Of a stretch of 64,000 nt of DNA, positions 1 through 8,981 are shown piece by piece. Source of the stretch: a virus. Under the pieces are notes generated by a model that ran no database searches, was not told the DNA's origin, and was given only the letters and a program-made list of their open reading frames with translations. The position numbers were made by a program, and so were the translations under genes. How positions within the stretch are numbered: the first letter of the stretch is position 1; each line of letters starts with the position of its first letter. The stretch is from positions 1 to 64,000 of IMG/VR virus record IMGVR_UViG_3300018053_000002, one strand, 5' to 3'.

Positions 1-297
1 CCCCCACCCGCCCAGCAGCAGTACCAGCCCGCACAGCCCTACCAGCCGCCTTACAATCCGGCTGCGTCGGGGCCACCAATGGGTACGTATGGGCCTCCCC
101 AGACCTACCCGACGGTAACCCAGCCGCCTCCGGTCGTGACATCGTTCCAGTCCGGTCCAGCTCCGGTGGCTCCACCCGTCCCCCAGTCCGCACCGGCCGG
201 CACCCAGTACGACATGAGTGCGTACAACTCGCTGTCCGCTGAGCAGAAAGCAGCCCTGGCGGCGCTCGGGGCCGTGCCCGTGGAGGGCCAGAGATAG
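1..297 (+). CDS. C-terminal part of a Pro/Gln-rich protein (5' truncated by window; possibly ssDNA-binding protein tail)
   Basis: Frame open from base 1 to TAG 295-297; low-complexity P/Q/Y/A tail; next gene starts at 298. Confidence 0.6.
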   Translation, partial: PPPAQQQYQPAQPYQPPYNPAASGPPMGTYGPPQTYPTVTQPPPVVTSFQSGPAPVAPPVPQSAPAGTQYDMSAYNSLSAEQKAALAALGAVPVEGQR

Positions 298-510
298 ATG
301 ACACGTAGGCCGCATTCGTGGGGCGCACATCCGAGCATCAACTGTTACAAGAACCACGGATGTCGCTGTGTCGAATGTCGTGCCCTCAACGCGGAATATC
401 GCCGGAGGGAACGGAAGCCGCCTAGACAATATGAACGTAAGAACGCACCACGACTCAGTGACGAGGAAGTTGCCCGGCTACGAAGACTCGTCGGGTTGGA
501 GACGAAGTGA
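298..510 (+). CDS. Small Cys-rich putative Zn-binding protein (Y-x3-GCRC-x2-C)
   Basis: YKNHGCRCVECR motif; abuts upstream stop. Confidence 0.7.
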   Translation: MTRRPHSWGAHPSINCYKNHGCRCVECRALNAEYRRRERKPPRQYERKNAPRLSDEEVARLRRLVGLETK

Positions 511-767
511 TGAACACAAACGATCTGAAACGGAACATGCGACTCGTCGACACCAGGGGGCGGTACCCCGTCTATCTGGAGGTGATCCGGACTGCCGTGG
601 ATCGGAGCTGGGTCGACATGAGGTGCTTCACGTGGGCGGTCGCCTGGACGAGTCGGTTGCGACTGCCGAAATCCGGGGTGCTCGACCTCAAGACCTATCA
701 ATGGGGCCAGGACGACTTGGACAGCGATGCGAAGCGGTACACGGCCGGCGGGTTCCTCGCATCATGA
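507..767 (+). CDS. Hypothetical protein
   Basis: GTGA/ATGA coupling to both neighbours. Confidence 0.65.
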   Translation: MMNTNDLKRNMRLVDTRGRYPVYLEVIRTAVDRSWVDMRCFTWAVAWTSRLRLPKSGVLDLKTYQWGQDDLDSDAKRYTAGGFLAS

Positions 768-1021
768 CCTACCAACACGGCGCGTCCGCGTACCGGAACC
801 AACAAATTGCTTGTCGCTGTGAGATCTGTCGCAACGCCAACACGGCTTACTGCAAGGTCGAGCAGGCTCACCGGGCAGCCCGTCTACGGGACGACCCTTC
901 ATTGACTGAGCACGGCAGCCTGAGCACGTATAGAAATTGGGGATGTCGCTGTCGACCATGCATCGATGCGAACGCACGGAAGTCAGCAAGTTATAGAGAA
1001 ACAACCAAGAAAGGAAAGTAA
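764..1021 (+). CDS. Protein with two HG-xn-Y-xn-CRC-x2-C repeats (putative Zn-binding)
   Basis: ATG at 764 overlaps upstream stop; HGASAYRNQQIACRCEIC and HGSLSTYRNWGCRCRPC. Confidence 0.7.
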   Translation: MTYQHGASAYRNQQIACRCEICRNANTAYCKVEQAHRAARLRDDPSLTEHGSLSTYRNWGCRCRPCIDANARKSASYRETTKKGK

Positions 1022-1024
1022 ACC

Positions 1025-1249
1025 ATGAGCTTCGCAATGACCAAGGCGGGCAAGACCGACGACGTGAAGACCGCGGTCGACGAGGAGGAGAACATCACCC
1101 AGTACGGTGGCGCGCTCGGTGCACTCACCAAGCAGTTCGTCATAGACGTGCTGGCGCTTCAGGGAACCCCCGGTGTCATCGTCGAGGCGTCTGGCCACTC
1201 GGATGCACGGACCACCAGCGTCACTGTGACCATCCGCCCGGTGTACTGA
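1025..1249 (+). CDS. Hypothetical protein
   Basis: AAGGAAAG RBS; coupled downstream. Confidence 0.65.
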   Translation: MSFAMTKAGKTDDVKTAVDEEENITQYGGALGALTKQFVIDVLALQGTPGVIVEASGHSDARTTSVTVTIRPVY

Positions 1250-1341
1250 TGACCTTTGTCTGTGACCCCTGCCGGGACGGTCGCCATGATGAATGTCCTA
1301 GCGGCTCCTGGTGTGACTGCGCGCATAGGAAGAAGAACTGA
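1249..1341 (+). CDS. 30-aa Cys/His micro-protein (MTFVCDPCRDGRHDECPSGSWCDCAHRKKN)
   Basis: TGATG coupling at both ends; CxxC...H...C...CxCxH pattern; below ORF-track cutoff. Confidence 0.65.
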   Translation: MTFVCDPCRDGRHDECPSGSWCDCAHRKKN

Positions 1342-1486
1342 TGAAACGCCGGGTCGATGAGTACGACGTGGATGGCGGCGATTCCTGAGCTACATGCAAC
1401 GGGCTGGCGTCACGTCCGCCATTAAGAGACGACTCCGGCGTCGGGAACGCCACGACGCCAAGCACGAGATGGAGAAGGAGGACTGA
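1341..1486 (+). pseudogene. Frameshifted small basic gene (MKRRVDEYDV / GWRRFLSYMQRAGVTSAIKRRLRRRERHDAKHEMEKED)
   Basis: Start coupled at 1341 and stop coupled at 1486, but in different frames; needs a -1 shift near 1370. Confidence 0.55.
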
Positions 1487-1830
1487 TGGCCTGGGGACCG
1501 GAACCACATGAGGTTAAGCACCTCGACTTCAGCCAGTTCCACGCGCTCGACCATTGGCCTTTCACTGCCTATTGCCGCGACCAATACGGCGGTGGTCGTC
1601 ATCACCTGCATCTCGCGTGGGAGTACCGCCGTCGTGACCAATTGCTCGGCTGGTGGTTCATGCTGACCGGTTGCTGGCTGCGCGGCAAACACCGGGAGCA
1701 GGTCTGGCGCAGTGGTGACAAGGCGGGCGTTCGGTGCTCCTACTGCTCCTGGACCCGTACGCCGTCGGAGGCAGAGCTGGAGAGGTTCCCTCGGCACGTA
1801 TTCAACCCCGGGGATGGGGAGGGGCCATGA
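1486..1830 (+). CDS. Hypothetical protein with CxxC
   Basis: GGAGGA RBS, coupled at both ends. Confidence 0.65.
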   Translation: MAWGPEPHEVKHLDFSQFHALDHWPFTAYCRDQYGGGRHHLHLAWEYRRRDQLLGWWFMLTGCWLRGKHREQVWRSGDKAGVRCSYCSWTRTPSEAELERFPRHVFNPGDGEGP

Positions 1831-2540
1831 AGACCATCGACGATACGGTCCAGCTCGACGCGCGGGAGTTTGGAGTGCTTCTACGCACAGGTTGGCGGAT
1901 AGGGCTCCTCGTTGCTCGGAATGTTGAACGAGGAATCGGTCAAGGTGCTCGCCAACCTCGTAACGCACATTACGAAGTGGTGAAGGTCTCAGCGCAGGAG
2001 TTCGGACGTCTTGCTGGCACGTCTGCACCACGTGTTCTACGCCACCTTGATGCCTGGGAGCTGGCGGCCGACGCGGGTCACGTTCCACATGCGACCGACC
2101 TCGTACCCGGTCAAGATGTCGAGCTGGACGATCTGCCTGACTGGGACGAGTTCTATGGTCCCATCCTCGCCCAACTCGCAACCAACCGGGCGGCAGCGAA
2201 GTCGGGTCCGGGTCGAGGGTCAGGGGTCCCGTTATCGGCCGAGGAGACGTCGGCGGCCTATGAGCTGTTCGAGCAAGGCGCCTCGGAGAAGGAGGTGGCC
2301 GAGGCACTTGACATCTCTGGCTCAACGGCACACGGCCTCAGGGGTCGGATCCAGGGCCTATCTGACTCAACCATCAATGGGCCGAGCGTGGCATGTCGCA
2401 TCGAGCCCGCTACCGAGCTGATCCAACGCATTGAGCTGGACGTCAAGAGACTGCTCAGCCCGATGTACTCACTAGGGAATCGAGATCGCAGGAAGCTGCG
2501 GAGCGTTCTAGAAACTGGACTTAGAGAGTTGGAGCCATGA
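1827..2540 (+). CDS. HTH-containing DNA-binding protein
   Basis: ATG 1827 with GGAGG; LSAEETSAAYELFEQGASEKEVAEALDISGSTAHGLR helix-turn-helix. Confidence 0.65.
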   Translation: MKTIDDTVQLDAREFGVLLRTGWRIGLLVARNVERGIGQGARQPRNAHYEVVKVSAQEFGRLAGTSAPRVLRHLDAWELAADAGHVPHATDLVPGQDVELDDLPDWDEFYGPILAQLATNRAAAKSGPGRGSGVPLSAEETSAAYELFEQGASEKEVAEALDISGSTAHGLRGRIQGLSDSTINGPSVACRIEPATELIQRIELDVKRLLSPMYSLGNRDRRKLRSVLETGLRELEP

Positions 2541-3040
2541 GCGACGTTCTCCTCCGGGTCAAGGTGGAAACCGATGTCTACACCGAGCCCGAGAACCGTT
2601 TTCACTGTGCAATCGCACACGCCATCAGGCGTGGGGACCGTGACACCGTCTGGGTCATGGTGGACCGCAACCGGATCAAATTCAGTCGGCGCAGTACGGG
2701 ACAACGCTATATCTTCCAGACCCCGGTGAAGGCACAACGCTTTATAGACGCCCTTGATAATGACGAGGACGTCAAGCCCTTCATTCTTTTACTGAGAGAC
2801 GATGACCTTCTATCAGCGGACCAGCGGAAGTACCACAACCCGGACTCGGTGATACATGACCAGGCCATTCGGCGAGGACTACCTGTCCCCCAGAGGACAA
2901 TGGCGGTTTCCTCAGCAGCCGGACCCGTACCGACGACGACCGTGGCCACTGTGCAGCGTCAACCGGCCACGCAACGACAACCGGTCAAGAGGGCCTCAAG
3001 AGCCAAACGAGAAGTAGTTTCGCGCCTACCGATTGACTAG
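2537..3040 (+). CDS. Hypothetical protein
   Basis: ATGA coupling; 167 aa. Confidence 0.65.
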   Translation: MSDVLLRVKVETDVYTEPENRFHCAIAHAIRRGDRDTVWVMVDRNRIKFSRRSTGQRYIFQTPVKAQRFIDALDNDEDVKPFILLLRDDDLLSADQRKYHNPDSVIHDQAIRRGLPVPQRTMAVSSAAGPVPTTTVATVQRQPATQRQPVKRASRAKREVVSRLPID

Positions 3041-3061
3041 GGGGGGGGGAGGGGAGGACTG

Positions 3062-3193
3062 ATGGAGTTTCCACGGCACCAGGGCGGCGGGAAGGTCGAC
3101 ATCAACAACGAGATGGTCGCTGACGCGAAAAACAGATTTACTGCTCGATACCCGGATCAGTATGAGGGCCACCTCAAGGACGGTCCGTGGTGA
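3062..3193 (+). CDS. 43-aa hypothetical protein
   Basis: GGAGGA RBS after a G10 tract; fills the gap between genes. Confidence 0.5.
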   Translation: MEFPRHQGGGKVDINNEMVADAKNRFTARYPDQYEGHLKDGPW

Positions 3194-3199
3194 TGCGCC

Positions 3200-3469
3200 G
3201 TGATTGACGTCCCCCTGTTTGAGCTGCCTGAAGGCCATGTGTTGCCCCGGGCGAAGACACTGCGCGAGCTGGACCGGGAAACTCGTCCACGGTGGACCCG
3301 GTTCCACTCAACAAACCGGACTCCCTGCGATGAGTGCATCACGTTGCTCCATGAGGCGGGCGGGGTCGGACCATATGCACGAGCGGCCAGATGGCGTCGG
3401 GTCGCACCGACCGGGACCTTGCTCCTGTGTACGGCCCACGCTGACGCCTGGCGAGCGGAGGAGAAATGA
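3200..3469 (+). CDS. Hypothetical protein, putative Zn finger (CDEC...CTAH)
   Basis: CxxC/CxxH; coupled downstream. Confidence 0.65.
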   Translation: MIDVPLFELPEGHVLPRAKTLRELDRETRPRWTRFHSTNRTPCDECITLLHEAGGVGPYARAARWRRVAPTGTLLLCTAHADAWRAEEK

Positions 3470-3804
3470 CACACGAGCAGGCGAAGAAGGACCTCGCTCA
3501 AGGCATCCCGGCAGAGCTTATCTGTGCTACCTGCCCGTGGGACCGGCTGTGTGTTGAACCGCCGTCGATGTCGAGCGCCGAGATCGAACGTCAGCTCGAA
3601 GAAGCCAAGCTCATAGACCAGCAGAACGATCCGGACGGCAAGAGGATGCCCGTCGGCACGTTGATGACCACACTGGCCTTTGTTGGCAGGGACTCCAGTG
3701 GACGGCTCTGCCCCGTGTTCGCATTGCGCCTGCGTGGTTCTGATGGCCGACAAATCGCTGACTCACTCAAGTCGACCATGCAGACATGGGAGGAAGGGAA
3801 ATGA
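3466..3804 (+). CDS. Hypothetical Cys-containing protein (CATCPWDRLC...CPVF)
   Basis: GGAGGAG RBS, ATGA coupling. Confidence 0.7.
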   Translation: MTHEQAKKDLAQGIPAELICATCPWDRLCVEPPSMSSAEIERQLEEAKLIDQQNDPDGKRMPVGTLMTTLAFVGRDSSGRLCPVFALRLRGSDGRQIADSLKSTMQTWEEGK

Positions 3805-4133
3805 CCGACGTCTACCTACGACTGACCTACCGCGAATACAAGTGGCTGGAGGCGCAGCTCCGAGACTGGGAGCAGGTCGAGACCACCCACGTGTCCGTGG
3901 ACGGGTTCTACCACAAGGCGCTCCGGCTGGACATCGGTGACCTCGCGCTGGAGATCCAGGGGCCCGCGGTGAAGGCGCCGTACCGCGAGGATGAGCCCCA
4001 CCAGGTTGGTGACACCGTAATGGTTGGTGGGGTCAAGTTCACAAAGATTGCCGAGGATCCATTCGGTGCTGAGTCACCACCCAGCCCCTTCGTCGCACCA
4101 GCCGAGCCTGGCGATGTACCCATTGCTGCCTAA
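3801..4133 (+). CDS. Hypothetical protein
   Basis: ATGA coupling at 3801. Confidence 0.65.
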   Translation: MTDVYLRLTYREYKWLEAQLRDWEQVETTHVSVDGFYHKALRLDIGDLALEIQGPAVKAPYREDEPHQVGDTVMVGGVKFTKIAEDPFGAESPPSPFVAPAEPGDVPIAA

Positions 4134-4434
4134 ATGGCCGATTGTCGTCAACGTCGCCGGGGTGCTCACCTATCTCGTCGTGTCGATCGTCATGTTCGTC
4201 CAGGGCGAGGTCATCGCGGGGGCGATCTGGGTGGCCGGTGTCCTGGTATGGAGTGCGACCACGGTGCTCCAGCTACGGATGTACCGACGACACCGAAGTC
4301 ACTCGACATACTCGTTCACCGTGACATTCGGGGGCAGCGCCGTCGTCAGAGCTGCTAAGGCTGCCGCCGCACTGGTCCCCGAGCCGGAAGACCGGGTTTA
4401 TCCCTACTTGAAAAGGATCATTATCAATGACTAA
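4114..4434 (+). CDS. Membrane protein (2 TM)
   Basis: Two hydrophobic segments. Confidence 0.55.
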   Translation: MYPLLPKWPIVVNVAGVLTYLVVSIVMFVQGEVIAGAIWVAGVLVWSATTVLQLRMYRRHRSHSTYSFTVTFGGSAVVRAAKAAAALVPEPEDRVYPYLKRIIIND

Positions 4435-5059
4435 GCCAATCACTCACGTGCTCCTCGTCGTCGACATGAGCGGGAGCATGGGCCATCTCGCCTCCGACGT
4501 CCGGGCTGGGCTGAACACCTACGTGAAGGATCTGTCGACGTCCAAGAACCGGTTCCGGGCGAGCCTCACGATATTCAACACCTCGTTCACCCACCTCTGC
4601 GTGGAAGCCAAGCTCGCCGATGTGCCCACCATCGACCACACCAATTACACGCCCACCGGGTTCACGGCATTGCTTGACGCGATCGGCAAGACGGTCACCG
4701 AGTTCGAGGCGGCCGGCACGCTCGCTGAGGACGACCGGGTACTCCTCGTGGTGCAGACCGACGGGCTGGAGAACGCCTCGCGTGAGTTCACCTGGAAGCA
4801 GATTCGGGACATGCTCGACGAGCGCGAGAAGACCGGCAAGTGGGCGATCGTCTACCTCGGCCAGGGCGCCGACTCGTGGGCTCAGGGCTACAACCTCGGC
4901 CAGGGCACCCAACGCGTCCACACCTTTGCCGGGGCTCAGGCAACCAGCTCCACGTATCGCGGCCTGTCGGTAGCCACGATGGATTATGCCGACACGGGAG
5001 ACACCAGCAAGGTCGGCGAGACCATCGCCGCGACACCAGGCGTGCAGGAAGACAAGTGA
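4427..5059 (+). CDS. von Willebrand factor A (vWA) domain protein
   Basis: MIDAS DMSGSM, T-ALLDAIG, TDGxENAS motifs. Confidence 0.9.
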   Translation: MTKPITHVLLVVDMSGSMGHLASDVRAGLNTYVKDLSTSKNRFRASLTIFNTSFTHLCVEAKLADVPTIDHTNYTPTGFTALLDAIGKTVTEFEAAGTLAEDDRVLLVVQTDGLENASREFTWKQIRDMLDEREKTGKWAIVYLGQGADSWAQGYNLGQGTQRVHTFAGAQATSSTYRGLSVATMDYADTGDTSKVGETIAATPGVQEDK

Positions 5060-5205
5060 TGAAAGACGTCGACCCGCACGTGTATGCACGCGACATCCAT
5101 TCCGGCGCTGGCAACTGCGTCTGTGGTCGAGCGCTCGGTGACACAAAGCATGTGCAGGCTGCTCCCGGCATTCCCGTCCCGGATCGGATGAGGTCGTGGT
5201 CGTGA
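5059..5205 (+). CDS. Small His/Cys protein
   Basis: TGATG coupling; H...CxC...H. Confidence 0.6.
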   Translation: MKDVDPHVYARDIHSGAGNCVCGRALGDTKHVQAAPGIPVPDRMRSWS

Positions 5206-5633
5206 TGAAAACCTTCCAACTCGTCCGTGACAAGGATGTGACCGGGGTCTCTGGCACCGGCCATGTCGCCGACGGTGTCGAGTTCGATGACGGCGTCGTG
5301 GCCATCCGGTGGCTCGGCGAGCACCCGTCCACAGTGGTCTGGGACACCATCGAGGACGCCTGGACCATTCATGGCCACGGTGGGCTCACCCAGATCGTCT
5401 ATGACGGGGAGAGGCCAACCGATCTGACCAATGAGGTACTGCTCGACCTGATCGGGTCGGCCTGGACCGTCATGATCGATGGCTGGGACCTACAGTCCGA
5501 AGGGTTCAAAGACGCCGCCAAACACTGGCACACCCGATGGCACAACGTGCTCGGGGTCATGGACCTCAACGATGACGACGAGGTGTCCGTCCCTGCCTAT
5601 GACTATGAGACTGAGGGGCTGGGTGGCACATGA
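5205..5633 (+). CDS. Conserved-looking actinobacterial/phage hypothetical protein (GVSGTG...RW...HGH.G.T)
   Basis: Recognisable motif string; coupled start. Confidence 0.7.
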   Translation: MKTFQLVRDKDVTGVSGTGHVADGVEFDDGVVAIRWLGEHPSTVVWDTIEDAWTIHGHGGLTQIVYDGERPTDLTNEVLLDLIGSAWTVMIDGWDLQSEGFKDAAKHWHTRWHNVLGVMDLNDDDEVSVPAYDYETEGLGGT

Positions 5634-5736
5634 CTTTCCACGGGTATGCAGGGCCCGTCAGTGACGCAACGGCTATCGGCGTGCGGAGGAAAAGGATAGC
5701 CATCCTCAATCACTAACGAACAGAAGGGTCAGCCAC

Positions 5737-5850
5737 ATGAACACTGGCGAAGAGCAGGAAGAAGACTACGAGTTCGAGCCAGCGACACCGGCCGAGGCTC
5801 CTGTAATCGAGCCCGCCTCGGAACCGATCCTGGAACCGGTGCCAGCATGA
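5737..5850 (+). CDS. 37-aa acidic Pro/Glu peptide (MNTGEEQEEDYEFEP...EPVPA)
   Basis: GAAGGG RBS, ATGA coupling to next gene. Confidence 0.6.
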   Translation: MNTGEEQEEDYEFEPATPAEAPVIEPASEPILEPVPA

Positions 5851-6716
5851 GCACGAGCAACTACGACGGAGAGGGGGCCGTGCTGGTACCCGGAGCCCTT
5901 CAAGGTTACCGGGCCTGGACGGTCGGTGTTGACTCCAAACTCCACGCGGTCTCGCAGCGGACTCTCTGGCCCGGATCGGAGCTGACCGCGGTATGTATGG
6001 CAGCGGGTGGCTCTAGTCTCGGAAACCTGGTGCACCGACCATCCTCGGACCAGCGGCCACCGATGAAAGATTGCCAGTGCGGGATCTACGCTAACCATCG
6101 ACCGGACATCAACGACTACTGGCGGAACGCCTCACACAACCCGTGGAGCATGGTGCTCACCGAAAACGCACAGCTACCGGGTGTCATCGAGGCGTGGGGG
6201 AAGGTGCGTCTGGGTAGCTTGGGGTTCCGGACCGAGCACGCGCGCATCGTCGCCATCGCATACCGTCCTCTCGGCCCGGTCCGGGTCCTGCAAGCAACAA
6301 CCAATCGAGGCACGGTGCACAACACGGACCTGGAAACTTACCACTGGCGGCGGGGGGTGTATAGGTGGGACGACTGGAACCTGAGACGGCAATTGCCAGA
6401 GCTTCGATTGGACGGTGTGGGAGAGTCTCTGGCTCCAGTTCTGGTCGCCGTTGTCCTTCTCGACGGCCTTGAATCACCGGTCCAACTGCGCATTGAGCTG
6501 GAGAGGGAACCGACCGCGCCGCCAACTATGGACTGGGCCACCACCACCGTCCATCAGGCCATCGCGAACCAGGAACAACAACTGGCCAAGAACTATCCGG
6601 GCGTGGAGATCTTCCACGACATCAACAAGATGGCCGCGGCGTTCCCGCCGGTCAGCATCGAGGATCTTGTCGACCAGGACACCGGCCACCTCCGTGCTGT
6701 GGGGGACCCTCCATGA
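5847..6716 (+). CDS. Hypothetical protein with GYRxW / CxCGIYA / WG.V...G.R motifs (possible ART-like fold)
   Basis: Motifs seen in translation; fold assignment is inference. Confidence 0.65.
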   Translation: MSTSNYDGEGAVLVPGALQGYRAWTVGVDSKLHAVSQRTLWPGSELTAVCMAAGGSSLGNLVHRPSSDQRPPMKDCQCGIYANHRPDINDYWRNASHNPWSMVLTENAQLPGVIEAWGKVRLGSLGFRTEHARIVAIAYRPLGPVRVLQATTNRGTVHNTDLETYHWRRGVYRWDDWNLRRQLPELRLDGVGESLAPVLVAVVLLDGLESPVQLRIELEREPTAPPTMDWATTTVHQAIANQEQQLAKNYPGVEIFHDINKMAAAFPPVSIEDLVDQDTGHLRAVGDPP

Positions 6717-7261
6717 ATTATCACGACGAACAGTACCGTGACTTCTCCTCTTCGTCTGATGTCTGCTTCATTCCTCAGGACGTGGCGGCCAAGGCGTACC
6801 GGGCCAAGCAACGGGGCCGGGCTCGGGCCAACCTGGAGGCGTTCTGCCTGGAGTGGCACGGGTGTGACCCCGACGGCAACGGGGGCGACCGTGAGGCCGC
6901 TCAGGAGGAGTTCGACGAGCTGGCCAATGCTCTCGGTCTGCTCCACGACGCCTCCTACGCGTACTGCCAGCAATGTAAGCAGCAGATGCCACTTCACGTC
7001 CTGATGCACACACGCTCGTACAGCCGGGCCGGCTACTGCTCAATGCGGTGCCAACGACTGGGTAACCTCGTCGCCGGCCCGGCAGCACGGGGAAAGGTGC
7101 TCAGTCATCCGGAGCAGTTCGCGGCCGAGGTGGTACGCCTCTACGTCGAGGTTGGTCTGTCCACGCGTCAGATCGCCGTCGAGCTGGGCTGGTCGCCACA
7201 GTTCATCCGGAAGACCCTCGCCACCGCGGGGATACCACTGAGGGGGGTGATCACACCATGA
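6713..7261 (+). CDS. Zn-finger plus C-terminal HTH (HTH_58-like) protein
   Basis: CQQC...CSMRC; LYVEVGLSTRQIAVELGWSPQFIRKTL...LRG. Confidence 0.7.
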   Translation: MNYHDEQYRDFSSSSDVCFIPQDVAAKAYRAKQRGRARANLEAFCLEWHGCDPDGNGGDREAAQEEFDELANALGLLHDASYAYCQQCKQQMPLHVLMHTRSYSRAGYCSMRCQRLGNLVAGPAARGKVLSHPEQFAAEVVRLYVEVGLSTRQIAVELGWSPQFIRKTLATAGIPLRGVITP

Positions 7262-7551
7262 TCGTCTACGTCTCGATCGGCAACAGTGACGATGGTCTGT
7301 CCCAGAGCGAGTGGGCTGAGTTCGTCGCCGATGTCCAGTCATTGCTCGGCGGGGTGAGGATCCATGGCGAGTGGTTCTCCCTGCCGCACGTGAAGTGGCA
7401 GAACGCCTGCTGGTGCATCGAAGTTCACGACCATGAATATAAGGAGGGGCTCCGTCTCCTGGCAATCAAATACCGGCAACGGTCAATCGCCTGGGCGGTA
7501 GCGCCGATACCGCAGTTCATCGGAAAGGAGGACACCCATGGGCCGGGGTAG
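7258..7551 (+). CDS. Hypothetical protein (SIGNSDD...G.W...Y.Q.SIAW)
   Basis: Coupled ORF with a motif-rich pattern. Confidence 0.7.
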   Translation: MIVYVSIGNSDDGLSQSEWAEFVADVQSLLGGVRIHGEWFSLPHVKWQNACWCIEVHDHEYKEGLRLLAIKYRQRSIAWAVAPIPQFIGKEDTHGPG

Positions 7552-7735
7552 AGGGCTGGAAGCTCGTGGCTGGACCGAGTCCAAGTTCACGGCCGAGGTG
7601 GTTCGCCGCTACGTCGAGGGTCAGACCATCAGGCAGATCGGGGACGAGATGGGTTGGTCCTACGGTTTTATCCACAAGACGCTACGAGCCTCTCACGCGG
7701 TTATCCGGAGTCGGGGACATCGGGTGAAGTCGTGA
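7538..7735 (+). CDS. Small HTH DNA-binding protein (HTH_58-like)
   Basis: YVEGQTIRQIGDEMGWSYGFIHKTL...RSRG; strong AAGGAGGA RBS. Confidence 0.8.
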   Translation: MGRGRGLEARGWTESKFTAEVVRRYVEGQTIRQIGDEMGWSYGFIHKTLRASHAVIRSRGHRVKS

Positions 7736-7959
7736 CCGAGGAACGATGCACCGTGACCGAGCTGCTCGTGGACCAGTGCGCGCATTGCCGACATCCTCGG
7801 GCGGGCCCGACTCGTGAACAGGTCCGACGAGGGCCATGGTTCCAGGCGTACTACGACGGTGTCTGCTCGGGCTGCGGGAACGGTATCCAACAGGGCGACA
7901 TGATCAGGGCCGATGGCGAGGGCGGTTGGCTGAACGAGTGCTGCGGAGGGGAGCCATGA
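7732..7959 (+). CDS. Cys-rich Zn-binding protein
   Basis: CAHC, CSGC, CC; GTGA coupling. Confidence 0.65.
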   Translation: MTEERCTVTELLVDQCAHCRHPRAGPTREQVRRGPWFQAYYDGVCSGCGNGIQQGDMIRADGEGGWLNECCGGEP

Positions 7960-8153
7960 AGATCTACGTGTGTATGCCGGTGAACGCCGAGGGGGTCGAG
8001 ATCGAATACACCGCCTCTGGATTATCGTATCGCCAGGTCGTCACTTACCGGTCTTCCCCACGCTGTGAACTCGTCGAACTGTGCGAGGCGACCCGTTACG
8101 GCGGGCTACCTCAGTGCTGTGGGGGGAGGTATCGTGATCCGACCAACCCCTGA
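7956..8153 (+). CDS. Hypothetical protein
   Basis: ATGA coupling, GGAGG RBS. Confidence 0.55.
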   Translation: MKIYVCMPVNAEGVEIEYTASGLSYRQVVTYRSSPRCELVELCEATRYGGLPQCCGGRYRDPTNP

Positions 8154-8415
8154 GACTCACCACACTTTCGCCGATGGCTACTTCCTGGTCAGCGTCAAGG
8201 ACGGGGAGGCATTCCCGATACCCGCCGACCCCGAAGCACATCGTACGGGTTGGCCCCGATTGGTGATCTCGTTCCCGCCGGGTGTGCTGGACCGGGAGAG
8301 TTACGACAGATTTCGAGCATCACTGCCCGAGGAACTCCGGAGTCATTGTGGTGGTCTCCGGCGCGGAATCGTTAGCCGTCATGGAAGGGGAGGGAAATGG
8401 GTAAGGCAATTGTGA
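8134..8415 (+). CDS. Hypothetical protein
   Basis: GGAGGT RBS before GTG. Confidence 0.5.
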   Translation: MIRPTPETHHTFADGYFLVSVKDGEAFPIPADPEAHRTGWPRLVISFPPGVLDRESYDRFRASLPEELRSHCGGLRRGIVSRHGRGGKWVRQL

Positions 8416-8672
8416 TCGGTTCGGTACTTATCGTCGTGCTGCTCATCCTGGGTGGGTTCTACGTGTGGACCCTCAAGCATGACAACGAGGGGGACCTGAC
8501 CCGGGCCGAGGAGGAGAAGCTCAAGCAGCTCGCCCGGGATGCCTCTCTGGTCATGGGCAGTCTCGGTGCCGGGCCTACGCTCGATGACATGGATGTGCTG
8601 CGTCCCGTCACGCGCACCGCGGTCGACAAATGGCTGAGCCGCTACCGCGACTTCCGGAAAGAGATCTCATGA
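8397..8672 (+). CDS. Membrane-anchored protein
   Basis: N-terminal TM helix. Confidence 0.7.
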   Translation: MGKAIVIGSVLIVVLLILGGFYVWTLKHDNEGDLTRAEEEKLKQLARDASLVMGSLGAGPTLDDMDVLRPVTRTAVDKWLSRYRDFRKEIS

Positions 8673-8800
8673 CCGGCGAGCTTTGGTGGGCGTTCGGGTT
8701 GGGCGCGTGGGCGATGTTCCTCGTACTCTGGGCCGCCAGCCTGATCAAAAGGGGCATACGACTCTTCCGTGAGAAAGGTAAAACCGATGGCCAAGTTTGA
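8669..8800 (+). CDS. 43-aa membrane peptide
   Basis: ATGA coupling; hydrophobic Trp-rich helix. Confidence 0.5.
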   Translation: MTGELWWAFGLGAWAMFLVLWAASLIKRGIRLFREKGKTDGQV

Positions 8801-8981
8801 GATCGGCGACAAGGTGATAATGCCCGGAACTCCGATCATCGTCGAGGTGCTGGAGATCGGCGTCTGCGTGGATGACGACGGTTGTGGGGACGAGATATTC
8901 CGGTTTAATGACCCGAGCGGTCTGGGTGAGGACTGGATGCATTCTAACGAGTTCGAGCTGGTAGGGGGACCTGATGCGTAA
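8787..8981 (+). CDS. Small acidic SH3-like protein
   Basis: KFEIGDKV start typical of small beta-barrels. Confidence 0.6.
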   Translation: MAKFEIGDKVIMPGTPIIVEVLEIGVCVDDDGCGDEIFRFNDPSGLGEDWMHSNEFELVGGPDA

